A program made the translations under genes and the position numbers. The notes beneath the pieces are model-generated. The model ran no database searches, was not told where the DNA came from, and saw only the letters and a program-made list of their open reading frames with translations. From Octopus vulgaris (lineage: Eukaryota), in the NCBI GenBank assembly GCA_951406725.2, contig OX597818.1, forward strand, positions 14,818,001 through 14,882,000: 64,000 nt of DNA, read 5' to 3'. Every line of letters begins with the position of its first letter. The first letter of the stretch is position 1. Shown piece after piece: positions 12,376 through 25,339 of this stretch.

Positions 12376-14994
12376 TGATTCAAGCATTGAACTACCAAAC
12401 ACTCGAGATTCGATGCTTGTGCTACTTTTGTCTCTATATTTATCCAACATTGATCCTTATTTGCAGCTATCTAGACTGGGATATCAACAACTAAGTGACT
12501 TCCGTGTGATACATCACTGCACTAAATTATAGGACGAGAGCACCTGATCCTATCATTTAATCTTCTTAATTTCATTAGGTACCCTGAGATCAAATAAAAA
12601 AAAATTACTAGTGCACTTTGCAGAGAACTTTTGTCTTAAACATTGTGTCTTGAACTGTACATTAACTTGTTTCTTACACAAATGGAATTTGATAAGAAAT
12701 ATTTACTGAATAAGGGAAATAAGAAGTGTATATTTATACCATTCAAATAATAGATTTTTTTTCTAGTTTACTAACAACTTATAAACAAGGTATTGCATCT
12801 ATCACTTCCAAGATAAAGGCCAATAGTTTCGATGCTTTCATCTCTTAATAACATTTTTTTTTTACATTTCCTTTTATTAAATTGTGCAAACTACCATGGT
12901 TATATGTATATTCTTGTTACATCAACAAATTGATATATTTATAAATCTGGAACAAATTGAACCTGTATCAATCAAATACACATATACTATCTATTACGCA
13001 AGTGATTTCCAAATGATGCACAGTAGCACCCTAGTGCATGCAAGTGGTATATAGGTGTATTGCATCTTTTTAAAAATAACATTTAAGGCTTTGGAAATCC
13101 ATATTAATAGTTGTACATTAAAGCATGTTATACATAATTTTGCAATGATCAACAAAAGAGAGTAAACTATAGTTTTCTTTATTTTTCACTGAATTTCTTG
13201 ATAGCAAAGTCTTTTTTAAAAGAACTATTTATGCAAATTACAAGTAGTTTTTAACTTTCCTAATGAAGTATGTCAGTGATATTTTTGTGTGATCTTAAGT
13301 GCACCCTGAAGTGAAAAAGATGGAGAACCACCTGATATAAACACTTGAATCTTTCTTATTCAGCCTATTTAGTGAAAAATAGATTCATATACAAGAAGTG
13401 TTTACTGTTAAGTGCAAAGAGATTTTATAATTAAGTTTGAGGAATTCTTCTGTCTTCAACTTCAGACCATAATCTCTAGTTTCCTAAATTGAATTTGTCA
13501 TTGAGTCCAGATTTCGCTTTAACTATCGGTTAGTGATGAAGATGGTGGTGGTGGTGGTGTGATGGTGGTGATGGTGCAACAACCAATCTCATGAAAATTA
13601 TCATATATAGGCATCAACCATAAAATATTCTTTTTTGACTAAGATTTAGCAACCTTTTTTTTTTTGAAGTGAACATAATTGGGAATGTTTTTTTCATATT
13701 TTGTAGGCTAAAAGGAATAAAGACTGAAACCCTGCTGCTTGATTTAAAAAATTTTTAAACATCACCTAAAGCAATGAAAATGTTGTTACATATCTAATGA
13801 CAAAAATTTATATGTTTGATGAATGGCTCAGTATGCAGGGAAGAGTCAAAATATGTTTTAGTTCAACTGAATGTCAGGAAATGATTTTGGCTTTGGGGTT
13901 TGAGCTAAATGTAGTGCCACCCAGTTTATTTCATTAAATGACAAGTAAATATTTTTGTTACTCCTTCCTTCCTTAGAATCAACTATTCTTGTAAACTATA
14001 TATTACAACAGTATATGAGATGTTGTTAGTCTCTGTCATCTCATTTATTTAACTTTTAGCATACTTAGATACATCATGTAACCATACGAGTTTTCTCTTC
14101 TATGGCTGCAGGTGCATGTTACATTGAGAGGGGAGAACACTTGTACAACAGCATTATGCACCAACAGCATGCTAATGTTTAAGGAATGTGAAAGCATTTA
14201 CTGCTTAAAATATAACACCTTGGAAAACTTTCAGTTTCTATAGACAGAATAATATAAATATTAACCTTTTATCCTTTAAATCAGTCATATCTGGCTCAAA
14301 TAGTCTACCTGTTTTACATTTGCACTAGCCAGATTTGGCCTCTTATACCTACCCTATAATGCTATTCTAAAAATAAACAATCATGTCATTGGAATATCAA
14401 AGCTAAGATAACGCAGAATTAATTCAAAACAATGTGTATAAATAAGCATTACATTTGACAAAATAATCTGAATACTAAAGGATTAATTAATTCATTTTTG
14501 GAATTGGCTCGAAGCATGTAAATGACATAAATAATAGCATATGAATATTGGATTGCATGTTATCATTTATAGCATTTATGTGCATCAAGATCCAATTTAT
14601 ATTTTTCAAGATCCAATATATATGCTTCAAGATCCTATTCCAAATTTCTCTCAAAACTTTATATAATTCTTATGATGACAACAAATATTAATTCATTTGA
14701 TGTCACTATAAAAAGGAAATTTTGACTTTATGTTTCATTGCTAAATTTAATTGTTTGTTAATCAAAGCTAGATAAGAAAAACAAAGAATTTTTGTTTGCA
14801 ATAGGCCAGATGAGATGAGGCTGTGGGCCAGATTTATCCTGTGTACCATAGTTTACAAACTCCTAACTTACTATGAAGTTGAAGACTAAATTTTCAGGGT
14901 TTCCAAAAGTGTTGGGAGGAAAAGTATGGAAGAAGTAACATTTCAAGGGAGTTTCAGTAGGAAGTATTGCATCTATAAAAAGACCTGGTTTAAA

Positions 14995-15206
14995 GGTGGT
15001 GAGTTGGCAGAAACGTTAGCATACTGGGCAAAATGCTTAGCAGTATTTCATGTATTTTTATGTCTTGAGTTCAAATTCCACCGAGATTGACTTTGCCTTT
15101 CATCCTTTCAGAGTCGTTAAATTAAGTACCAGTTGCATACTAGGGGTCGATCTAATCGACTGGTCCCTCCCCAAACATTTCAAGCCTCGTGCCTAGAGTA
15201 GAAAAG
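14995..15206 (+). mobile_element. tRNA-derived SINE with a Nin/Deu-like central domain
   Basis: B box GAGTTCAAATTCC; CTTTGCCTTTCATCCTTTC..GTCG..AAATTAAGTACCAG. 17-bp TSD AAAAGACCTGGTTTAAA (14978-14994, 15207-15223). Related copies at ~32550, 39453-39660 and 41720-42130 (two, minus strand). Confidence 0.88.
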
Positions 15207-15358
15207 AAAAGACCTGGTTTAAATGTTTTCCACAATGAGGCTTCCATTAGAAGCACCCAAGGCTCAAGCTGGGGGAAGAGTTTTAAACAGGACAATGGAC
15301 AATGAATTAGATCAACAAACTATAAATAGTTTAATCCAATGGACTCCTGAGTAGTATA

Positions 15359-16648
15359 TTTTGTCATCCCATAAATATTATGTTTTTCTTTTAATACTTC
15401 TTTTATTTCTCAAAAACTTAAGATAAAGTTCTTTTTTAATCTAAAACTCACACTCTTTCATTTTCTACAATGCTCTTCCATCTATCTGGTAGACTTTCAA
15501 GGCCCCCACTTCCAAAATTCACTTGTCCGTGATGAAAAATACTCTTCCAGTACTGTTCTGACCTCATCTACAGAATTCATATTTTTTCCATCCAAATGAT
15601 TTTGAAAACTGCAGAATAAATGATAATCAGATGGGGCAATGCCTGCTGAATATGGTGGATGGGGCATCGTTCCCCATTCAAACTGCTCCATCCTTTGGAA
15701 TATCATACTCTCTGTATGTGGCCGAGCATTATCCTAATGGAAGATCACCTTTCGTCTTGAAACCAAAGATGATTGTTTTTCTTCTAGTGCAGACTTAAGC
15801 CACTCAAACTGCTCACAGTAGATCTCCTTTGTTATCGTTTGGTTTGGGTTTAAAAGTTCAAAGTGAACTAAACCTTTCATATCTCACCAAACAGATAACA
15901 ACACCTTAAATGAGTGAAGACATTCTTAATCATGGGGTGCTGGTGTTTCTCCTTTCCCTACCCATTGTCTTTGGCACTTGACATTTTTATAGAGAACCCA
16001 TTTCTCATCATCAGTCACTATTCCTTCAAAAGAAGTTCATTTGTGAAACCTGACAGCAAAGAAGAGCATACATTCACTGTTTGCACGTGATTAGACCAAG
16101 AAAGTTTGTGAGGAACCCATTGACCCAATTTTCTGGCTTTTCCGATGGCACGCAGGTATCGATGAATGGTTGAAAGATCAAATTCAAGCTTCTCTGCTAG
16201 TTCCTCAACAGTTACAATGGGATTTTGTTCCACCAGGGTGTGCAGGACATCCTCATCAAGCTCTACAAATCTACCAGGATGAGGCTCATCTTCTAGACCA
16301 TAGTTTCTGGCTCAGAATTTCTGGAACTACCATTGTCACTGGCTTATGCTTATTGTCCAATCTCCATATACTGCATTAACATTCCTTGCACTTTTCATTG
16401 TGTTGTTGCCTTTATTGAACTCATAAAGTAAAATATGCCTAATATGCTCCTTTGTCACAACCATTATAGCTTTGAAAAAAATAATTGTTAAAATCGAACT
16501 GCACTCTTCAGAACTTGCACTAAGAATAAGGACATGGTAAAATTACTACCTGCTTTTATAGCAAGTTGCTGCAGGTAGTTTATCTTATCCCCTTCTGACA
16601 TTTAGTTCATGCAGTTGAAAAGACTGCCTTATTTATGGGATGACCTAA
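15359..16648 (-). mobile_element. Full-length decayed mariner (DD34D) transposon
   Basis: TIR core GTCATCCCATAAATA at both ends, TA flanks, 1290 bp. Transposase 16464->15436 with WVPHKLS, VTDDEKW, DNARPH and HPPYS..IAPSDYHLF; stops and frameshifts. Confidence 0.93.
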
Positions 16649-16851
16649 TATTTTCAACCTAATTTCCCTCAGAACATATGAATTAGATTAAGGCTATGTG
16701 AGAAAATTCTTCTCCAAGTTGCAGCAGCTGTAGTTTCAAACCCAGAATCACAAACTACATGATTTTGAAACAAACCTCTAAGCCACATGGGTGGTACTTA
16801 AGCAAGGGTTTGCTCAACTACAAAGACTTTCACAATGATGAATAATATACA

Positions 16852-17262
16852 TAGGCGTAGGAGTGGCCGTATGGTAAGTAGCTTGCTTACCAGCCACATG
16901 GTTCCGGGTTCAGTCCCATTGTGTGGCACTTTGGGCAAGTGTCTTCTACTATAGCCTCGGGCCGACCGAAGCCTTATGGGTAGATTTGGTAGACGGAAAC
17001 TGAAAGAAGCCCGTCGTATATATGTATATATATGTGTGTGTGTGTCTGTGTGTGTGTTTGTCCCCCCCCCCCTCCAACATCGCTTGACAACCGATGCTGG
17101 TGTATTTACATCTCTGTAACTTAGCGGTTCGGCAAAAGAGACCGATAGAATAAGTACTAGGCTTACAAACAATAAGTCCTGGGGTCGATTTGCTCGACTA
17201 AAGGCGGTGCTCCTGCATGGCCGCAGTCAAATGACTGAAACAAGTAAAAGAGTAAAAGAGTA
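16852..17262 (+). mobile_element. Major SINE copy
   Basis: Near-consensus sequence. Confidence 0.93.
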
Positions 17263-17278
17263 TAAGAGTATACATCTA

Positions 17279-17495
17279 CAAGAGGGTGCTGAAAAGTTTT
17301 TGGCTTTAAGAGTATCTTGAAAGGCCTTATTGGGAGCCCAACCTTCTGAGTTCTTTTACAGGGCTTAGAAAATCTGAAGGTTTGCAGTAGTAAGTGTGTG
17401 AATCAGAGAGGGGAATATGTTGAATAGAATCATAATTAACTGATCCTCCTGTATTTTCTTTTACCCAAAGCCAGGAACTTTTCAGCACTCCCTTG
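17279..17495. mobile_element. Mariner-type MITE
   Basis: ~29-bp TIRs CAAGAGGGTGCTGAAAAGTTTTTGGCTTT and AAAGCCAGGAACTTTTCAGCACTCCCTTG; TA TSD. Confidence 0.88.
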
Positions 17496-17530
17496 TATAT
17501 GTCTTTGTCTGCAAAATGCACAAATGTGTG

Positions 17531-17563
<33 letters not shown>

Positions 17564-17839
17564 ATGTGTTGCATATGTATATTTCTGATGGTGACCAGAT
17601 GAGCATCTGGCCATAAAGTGTAACAATGAGTGAAAATCGCATCCATGATATTCAAGAATGTCATAAACTAACAAAACCACTTGAACAACAACAACAACAA
17701 CAACAACAATTATGACAAATTACATAAATGACAATAAAAATGATATAATTTACCTCAAAATTTTGACATTTCACATTTAGCAAAACTAATTGCTTATTTG
17801 TAAATGTCAGGCATCCTGCTCCAGAAAAAAAGAGTTGCT

Positions 17840-18240
17840 TGTGGCTGTGTGGTAAGTAGCTTGTTTACCAACCACATGGTTCCGGGTTCAGTCCCACTGC
17901 GTGGGACCTTGGGCAAGTGTCTTCTACTATAGCCTCAGGCCGACCAAAGCCTTGTGAGTGGATTTGGTAGATGGAAACTGAAAGAAGCCCATCGTATATA
18001 TGTATATATATATATGTGTGTGTGCGTGTGTTTGTGTGTCTGTGTTTGTCCCCCTAGCATTGCTTGACAACCGATGTATTTATGGTGTTTTTATGTCCCC
18101 GTTACTTAGCGGTTCGGCAAAAGAGACCGATAGAATAAGTACTGGGCTTACAAAAGAATAAGTCTTGGGGTCGAGTTGCTTGATTAAAGGTGGTGCTCCA
18201 GCATGGCCACAGTCAAATGACTGAAACGAGTAAAAGAGTA
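17840..18240 (+). mobile_element. Major SINE copy
   Basis: Near-consensus sequence. Confidence 0.92.
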
Positions 18241-19245
18241 ACAAAGAGTACCAGAGACAACAGACAAGTTATAATGCTTTAATCCTTTTGTTACCATATT
18301 TCTGTCAACATATGCCACCTTCATTTCAGTTAGTTTTTAAAATAATGAAGTATATAGTAAAACAACTTTCTCATTATTAAGCTGGGGTTTGAAACAAATT
18401 AACATACAATTTTGATGGAAGATTATAATTCAGACCACTTTAAAGCTGTAAGCTTAATGTCATTGAACTTGGGCTGTCATATTGGTATCAAAGGGGTTAA
18501 TAGTAGCTAGAGTCAGCATCAATCATCAATTTTGACAAATGTGGCTTAACTGTTTGACAGATATTAATTCCTGAATTAACAGAGCATGCATGCACACACA
18601 CAAATAAATGTATACCCGTTTTTCTTTTCCTTCCATCTCTCATGCTTTCTTATCAAGAGATTTCTTCATATATGTATATTTCAGAGAATCCCCTCTAAAT
18701 GTATTATTCTGCTACTCACCTGAAATATCTATTGAGTGCTCTCTCTCTCTTCTTCCTATTTCTCCTCCTGTGTGTGTGTGTGTGTACACAGAAAGACAAA
18801 AGATGATTTAACTACCCCCAGAATTGATATCAGGAAAGATTAATTCAATTCAGTTTATTTCAATTTATTTTTCGTTTTATTCCAGCATGACTAAATCGTC
18901 TTTTTAAGTGATTGAAACCAATAGCATAAACTGGTGTATCTAGAGTGTATGCAGCCCAGGGTGGCCCATCAGTTTGCCACTCCTGGGCTCCCACAAAAAG
19001 CCCATATTGCCTACAGCAGATCCTAAAGTGGTGCCACCTGGAGCAGACCACAACCTCCACCCCCTCTTTCTAAGCTAGTAATAGCATGTTTGTATAAAAA
19101 TGTAAACACTTTATTTCTTTTATCTATGATAAAGTTCTCAAAGTATTTTGTTATTTTATAATATATATTTACTTTACTTTATTTTTTAAATTTTTATTTA
19201 CTTATGTGAAGTCACCTAACCATTTTAAGATATATATATATATAT

Positions 19246-19460
19246 AATAATCCATGTTGATTCGCTAGCCTCTGCACGCATTTTTTTTCTCTCCTTGTTT
19301 CTCTCCGTGTTTCTTTTCTGTGTATCTTTCTGTTGAAGAGCGTAGGCTCGAAACGTAAAAGACTTGTTTTATTTATATTCCTGAGCACCATACTAATACA
19401 ATTGTTTGTTTGTATTCCACCTGCCTTCGTTTTTTGTTTATTTTCATAAAGCTTCCCGTT
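19246..19460 (+). mobile_element. Penelope-like terminal (pLTR) fragment with a minimal hammerhead motif, in (TA)n
   Basis: TCTTT-CTGTTGA-A-GAGC-gtag-GCTC-GAAA-CGTA-AAAGA (19325-19362). (TA)n on both sides. Confidence 0.7.
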
Positions 19461-19632
19461 ATATATATATATATATATCAATGTGCACAAATAACAAAGA
19501 AAAAATAAATAAATAGTTACCAGTTAGCTGCTCTGGCAACGATCATGCTCGGATGGTGCTCTTAGCGCTTCACTAGCACGGATGCCAGTCATTGAATTTG
19601 ATTTTGATTTCATCGAATTTGATTTCAATTTC

Positions 19633-20215
19633 ACTTGGAGTCTCCAGGTCTACCTCCCTACAGATTGAAAGTTAAAGTGGGAACTCCATTGATGTTATTA
19701 AGGATTTGGATCCACCAGCACTCTTCAATGGGACAAGCATAGTGGAAAAGCAGATGATTCCAGCCACATGTTATTGAGGCCATCATTCTCTCTGGATGAT
19801 GAAAAGGAGAGAATTATTTCATACCCAGGATTCCTCTCATGCCATCAGGAGGAGAAATTCCTTTTTCATTCAGAAGAGTGCAATTTCCTATTCATATCAG
19901 TTTCGCAATATCTATCAATAAATCCCAGGGTCAAACACTGTCTGTGGTAGGACCTCACTTAGAAGAGTCATGCCTCTACATAGGCAATGTTGGCTGCTCT
20001 AGAATGGAAAGCAAAATAAAAAAAACTATTTGCATTTGTTCCACAAGGGAAAACAGAGAATATTGTTTACCAAGAGGTTTTGTAGGAATTACTACATCTT
20101 ACAAGGCGCTCCAGTATCTACTGCACTTTGTAAATGGCGAAGATGGACACCATTTTGGCATAATACCAACAAACCAAAAGATTGCACCAACAAAGCAGTT
20201 TCCTGCATGGACTTT
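19633..20215 (+). pseudogene. Helitron RepHel fragments (Pif1 helicase C-terminus followed by an N-terminal Rep-side motif)
   Basis: GLPPYRLKVKVGTPLMLLR, LFNGT, FIPRIPL and FRRVQFPIHISFAISINKSQGQTL, then SYKALQYLLHFVNGEDGHHF and TNKAVSCMDF. Confidence 0.85.
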
Positions 20216-20400
20216 AGTATCAAAGAACATTCTCCAATTACTTCCACCAACCACGTGGGAAGCCATTATGCCTTATTTTTTTCAAGTAACTCATTACTAC
20301 ATATTCTCATGTGACTGCATAGGCTTACTTTATGTTTCTTATTCTATAGCCACACCAGCAATCCAATGTCAACTCTTCACCTTCTGCAACATTTCAACAG

Positions 20401-20438
<38 letters not shown>

Positions 20439-20787
20439 ATAATTTTTCTTATAGAATTTTATTTTATAGAATAAAATAATAATTTTTATATATATATATA
20501 TATGGTGTGTGTGTGTGTGACTACACATGTAGTGTTGCTGATATTTTTCCTTCCATGGACGTGTACCTTTTTTCTTTCACTTCCCCGTTCCCATCTCCCA
20601 CTGCAGCCCCTTTCCAGAATGTACCCATTTACGTACAATATTTCCATTATACCTACACTCATTTGACTGTCAACCAGATGACGGGTCATGTTAGACACAG
20701 TGCCAGCCACCGCAAATGAGAGTATGTGTGTGTGTGTGTCTGTGTCTGTGTGTGTATGTGTATATATATATATGTGTGTGTGTGTGT

Positions 20788-20980
20788 GTGACTACACATG
20801 TGGTGCTACTGATTTTTTTTCTTCCATGGACCTGTACTTTTTTTCTTTCTGACGAAGAGCTATACACAAAACGTCAAAACACTCTCTCCTTTTACTGAGC
20901 GTCAAACTAATACATTAATTGTGCACGTCCTCTTGTTGATTATCGTTGAATTTATTGTTCATTTATTTGATTTGACTATA
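20788..20980 (+). mobile_element. Penelope-like terminal fragment with a degenerate hammerhead, ending in (TA)n
   Basis: TTT-CTGACGA-A-GAGC-tat-ACAC-AAAA-CGTC-AAA (20846-20878). The downstream CTGAG..AATAC..CAC blocks are shared with the 19.3-kb and 25.4-kb copies. Confidence 0.55.
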
Positions 20981-21533
20981 TATATAAACTAAAGGAAAAA
21001 AAAAAAATCTTCTTTAGTCAGTGTCAAAGTGATGTATACCATATAAAAAAAAGTCTAATAATAAGAAATACAATAAGACATTTCAACAAAAAGGAAAATG
21101 AAAGAAAAGAAAAACTGAGATTAGTTTTGCAGGGTTTTCAATGCTTTATACTTGATGAAAGAGCCAACTGTTTACATTTGATTGAATGGTGTGAACTACA
21201 TAGAAACTTTACCCACTGGCATAGTTGTTGATAATGTCACCACTGAAATTGGCTGCTTGTCAGCTGGTATTTTACGTATGGGTTTAGAGCCAACTTAACT
21301 GGAAAGCTTTGCAGTGTTAGCTGCATGTATATATATATATATATATATATCATGGGAACCCTACACTAAAACTGACATCTGTAAATTAGGAAATAAAGAA
21401 GAGAAAAATTAAGTGCTGAAAGAAGAGAGAGAAAAAAGTATTGTAAGAAGCAACTAAAAGGATGTAAATTAAATTGTAATTAATGCAGAATACAGAGAAT
21501 TAAATTCAAAAAAGTGTGGACTGGGTACATCCT

Positions 21534-21611
<78 letters not shown>

Positions 21612-21839
21612 TAATTATTATTATTATTTATAATCACATCTGTATTTTATTAATACATGCATGTGAAAAGAACTTCATTAATTCAACATTCATTAACAGA
21701 TATGTGTGAAAAAAACATTTAGTTTAAATGATTTTGAAGAGTTATTCTCAGGACTCATGAATTTGTATGCAGTCAATAGACACTCAAGAATATAATAAGA
21801 AATTTAGGCACAGTATATTGTAGAACGTGTAAATATCTT

Positions 21840-22708
21840 TTATCTTTTGCTTGTTTCATTTGTTTGTCTGTGGCCATGCTGGGGCACTACCTTTAAAGGT
21901 TTTTAGTTGAATAAATCAACCCCAGGATTTAGTCCACTGCCATCTCAACTCAAATTAAACTCCACTTATTTAGTTCAAATGTAAAATCTGTGCTTTTGTA
22001 TGGCTCTGAAACATGGAGAGCCACGTGCAGCAACTACAAGAAGATCCAGACCTTCATCAACAAATGTCCCCGTCAGATCCTCCATCTGAAGTGGTTAGAC
22101 AGAGTGCCAAACACCGACCTGTGGGAAAGGGCCAACCAGGATCCCATACATGTTCAGATTATATGAAGGAAATGGAGATGGATTGGACACACACTGTGGA
22201 AAGAGCCCTCAAATGTGACATGACAAGCACTTGACTGGAGCCCACAGGGGAAAAGGAAGTGAGGGCGCCTGAAGCAGACACGGAAGTGGAGCATTTCAGA
22301 CGAGCTCAGGACCACCGGCCTAACATGGGAAGCAGCCAAGAAACACGCCTGCAAAAAGTGGAAAACAACTGTTGAGGCCCTATGCTCCACAAGGGGCAAG
22401 AAGAAGACTTTTGCCAAACTGTTCAGTTACAGGGATGCAAACACACCAACACTGGTTGTCAAGTGGTGGTGGGGGACAAACACACACACATATTCATATA
22501 TTCTTTTTCTTTTTACTTGTTTCAGTCATTTGACTGTGGCCTTGCTGGAGCACCACCTTTAGTCGAGCAAATTGACCCCAGGACTTATTCTTTGTAAGCC
22601 TAGTACTTATTCTATCAGTCTCTTTTGCTAAACCACTAAGTTACAGGGACGTAAACACACCAGCATCGGTTGTCGAGTGATGTTGAGGGAACAAACACAC
22701 ACACACAA

Positions 22709-22776
<68 letters not shown>

Positions 22777-23095
22777 GACAGGCTTCTTTCAGTTTCCATC
22801 TACCAAATCCACTTACAAAGTTTGGTCAGCCCAAGGCTATAGTAGAAGACACTTGCCCAAGATGCCATGCAGTGAATCTGAACCTGGAAGCATGTGGTTG
22901 GTAAGCAAGCTACTTACCACACAGCCACTCCTGTGCCTTTTTTCAATTTCCATCTACCAAATCCACTCACGAGGCTTTGGTCAGCCTAAAGCTATAGTAG
23001 AAGGCACTTGCCCAAGATGCCACACAATGGAACTGAACCCAGAACCATGTGGTTGGGAAGCAAGTTTCTTACTACATAGCCCTGCTTGCACCTAT
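21840..23095 (-). mobile_element. Major SINE interrupted by an RTE fragment and by a second SINE copy (22505-22936)
   Basis: 3' part at 21840-21930 and 22410-22495, 5' part at 22940-23095. A complete inner copy sits in its central microsatellite. Confidence 0.82.
21931..22408 (+). pseudogene. RTE (BovB/SR2-like) LINE 3' ORF fragment inserted in a SINE
   Basis: VKSVLLYGSETW, IQTFINKC, RKWRWIGHTL, ALDWSPQGKRK*GRLK and WKTTVEALCST. Confidence 0.9.
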
Positions 23096-23149
23096 GTTTA
23101 TTGATATATAAACTTTTATTGTTTTTATATAAGGAATGATTTATTGAAT

Positions 23150-23580
23150 CAGGCATGGCTGTATGGTTTAGAAGCTTAATTTGTAAATCACGTATTTTCT
23201 GGTTCAGTCCTGCTTGGATACTTTGGCAAGTGACTTCAAGACAAAACTCTGGGTAGACCAAAGCCTGGTGAGTAAATTTGGTAAAACAGAAACTATGCAG
23301 AAGTCTGTGGAATGTGTAAGTGTGTGTGTGAGTATGAGAGTGAGTATGAGAGTGAGTGTGCATATGTGAGTGTATGAGCATGTGTGTTTGTATTTGTCTC
23401 TCATGGATTTGCAACCATCATAAGCTTGTTTACATGACCGTAACTTAGTAGTTCAGCATGAAAAGACCAACAGAAAAAGTACTTATCTAAAATAATAAAT
23501 GCTGAAATCAATTTGGTTGACTAAACCCTTCAAGACTGTACCTCAGTATAGTCAGTCAAATGACTAAAACAAGTAAAGGA
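23150..23580 (+). mobile_element. Major SINE copy (old)
   Basis: Diverged collinear match. Confidence 0.75.
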
Positions 23581-23988
23581 ATGTACAACAGAATTGTTGA
23601 AAAATGCTGAACTTTTCAGACAAGATGACAAAGGACTCAGTTGTCTGGTACCTTACTGTACTCAAAAAGACCAGTCTTCAACAGCAGAAGTGTTAATACC
23701 ACATCCCCTAGTGAAGAAAATTGGTCTGCAAGAGTCCTGTGCTTGTGCCATGTAAAAAAATGCACTCATGCCGGTGCCACAAAAAAAGCTCTCATGCTGT
23801 TGTCATGTCAAAAGCACCCACCCAGCACATACTACAAAATGGTTGGTTTTAGGAAAGGCATCTAGCTGTAGAATCCAAACCAAATCAGGCTGGAACCTAG
23901 TGCAGCTCTCTTGTTTGCTAACACTGGTCAAACCATTCAACCCATACTGGCATAGAAAATGGATGTTAAAGATATATATATATATATA

Positions 23989-24400
23989 CTAGCAGCATAG
24001 CCCGGCATTTCCCGGGTATGTAAGAGACCCTAGTAGGCAACAACTAATCCCAATCTAGTCCTTTCCCTCTAGGGAACAAAGGCGCATGTGTAGGTTGCAA
24101 TGTCTTCTCTTCACTCGAATACTTCTGTGTATACGATGTTCCTAGCTGTCCCTAGCTGTTGAGATGTGTCCTCTAGACAGAAAATGTGTTGCATATAAAA
24201 AGCTTAGATTCTCGACCCCATGTCGAATTTATCGATTTTTTTCAGAACTGGGAGAACTTTTCAAAATTTTCGCTGTGTTAGTTTTGAATTATGACATTGG
24301 GCTATGTGTGTGTCAAGTTTCATCAGAATCGGTTGAAAGCCATGGTCAGGGTGAGGGTACAACCTGACAGACACACAGACACACAGACAGACAAACTGCC

Positions 24401-24430
<30 letters not shown>
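23989..24430 (-). mobile_element. Non-autonomous Helitron
   Basis: Minus-strand 3' end has hairpin CCCGGGAAATGCCGGG, then CTAG|T at 23989. The 5' end TATATATAAACGGCAG plus (TCTG)n merges into (TA)n. Confidence 0.8.
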
Positions 24431-24437
<7 letters not shown>

Positions 24438-24503
24438 CACATGTATAAAATATATCATTTTATCTTTCTACTTGTTTCAGTCATTTGACCTTAGCTATGC
24501 TGA

Positions 24504-24557
<54 letters not shown>

Positions 24558-24558
<1 letters not shown>

Positions 24559-24873
24559 CTGGTAACGATGACAAGGCTTCCAGTTGAATCAATCAACAGA
24601 ACAACTTGCTCATGAGATTAACTTTCAAGTGGCTGAACAATCCACAGACATGTGTATCCTTAATGTAGTTCTCTGGGAGATTCAGCGTGACACAGAATGT
24701 GACAAGACTGGCCCTTTGAAATACAGGTACAACTCATTTTTGCCAGCTGAGTGGACTGGAGCAACATGAAATAAAGTGTCTTGCTCAAGAACACAATGCA
24801 CCACTAGGAATTGAACTTGCAACCATACAATCATGAGCTGAATACGCTAACCACTAAGTCATACGCCTTCACA
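24558..24873 (-). mobile_element. tRNA-derived SINE with a Meta/CORE-like block
   Basis: Minus strand TGACTTAGTGG..AGTTCAATTCC..TTGTGTTCTTGAGCAAGACACTT. Related copies at ~690-830 and 58915-59090. Confidence 0.8.
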
Positions 24874-25339
24874 TGTAAAGAAGTGCTGAGCTCTAACTGT
24901 GGAAGGAACCTGTGAAAGAGGTAGACTCAGAAGACATGTGACGAAGTGGTGAAGCATGATCTTTATATGTTGGACCTAACAGAGGTGATGACAAGTGACC
25001 AAGACCTTTGGCGATATGCTGTGCTTGAGAAAACTCATCAAGCAAAGTGAAATCATAGCCATGGTTGCTGCCAGTGTTATGTAAATGGCACCGGTGGAAT
25101 CATAATTGTGACCGTTGCTGGTGTCATGTAAAGGGTACCCATGCTGGTGGCATGTAAAGAGCACCTATTACACTCTGAGCTATTAGCATTAGGAAGGGCA
25201 TCCAGCCATAGAAACCATGCCAAATCAGAATGGAACCTGACGCAGCCCTCTTGTTTATCAGTTCCAGCCAAACTGTCTAACCCATACCAGCATGGAAAGC
25301 AGATATTAAATGACGATGAGGATGATGATATATATATAT

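Noticed and set aside
15497-16233. SETMAR-like gene
   Set aside because: No SET domain; bounded by mariner TIRs; multiple stops.
19839-20474. Cellular PIF1 helicase gene
   Set aside because: Intronless, with stops and frameshifts upstream, and adjacent to a Helitron Rep-side motif.
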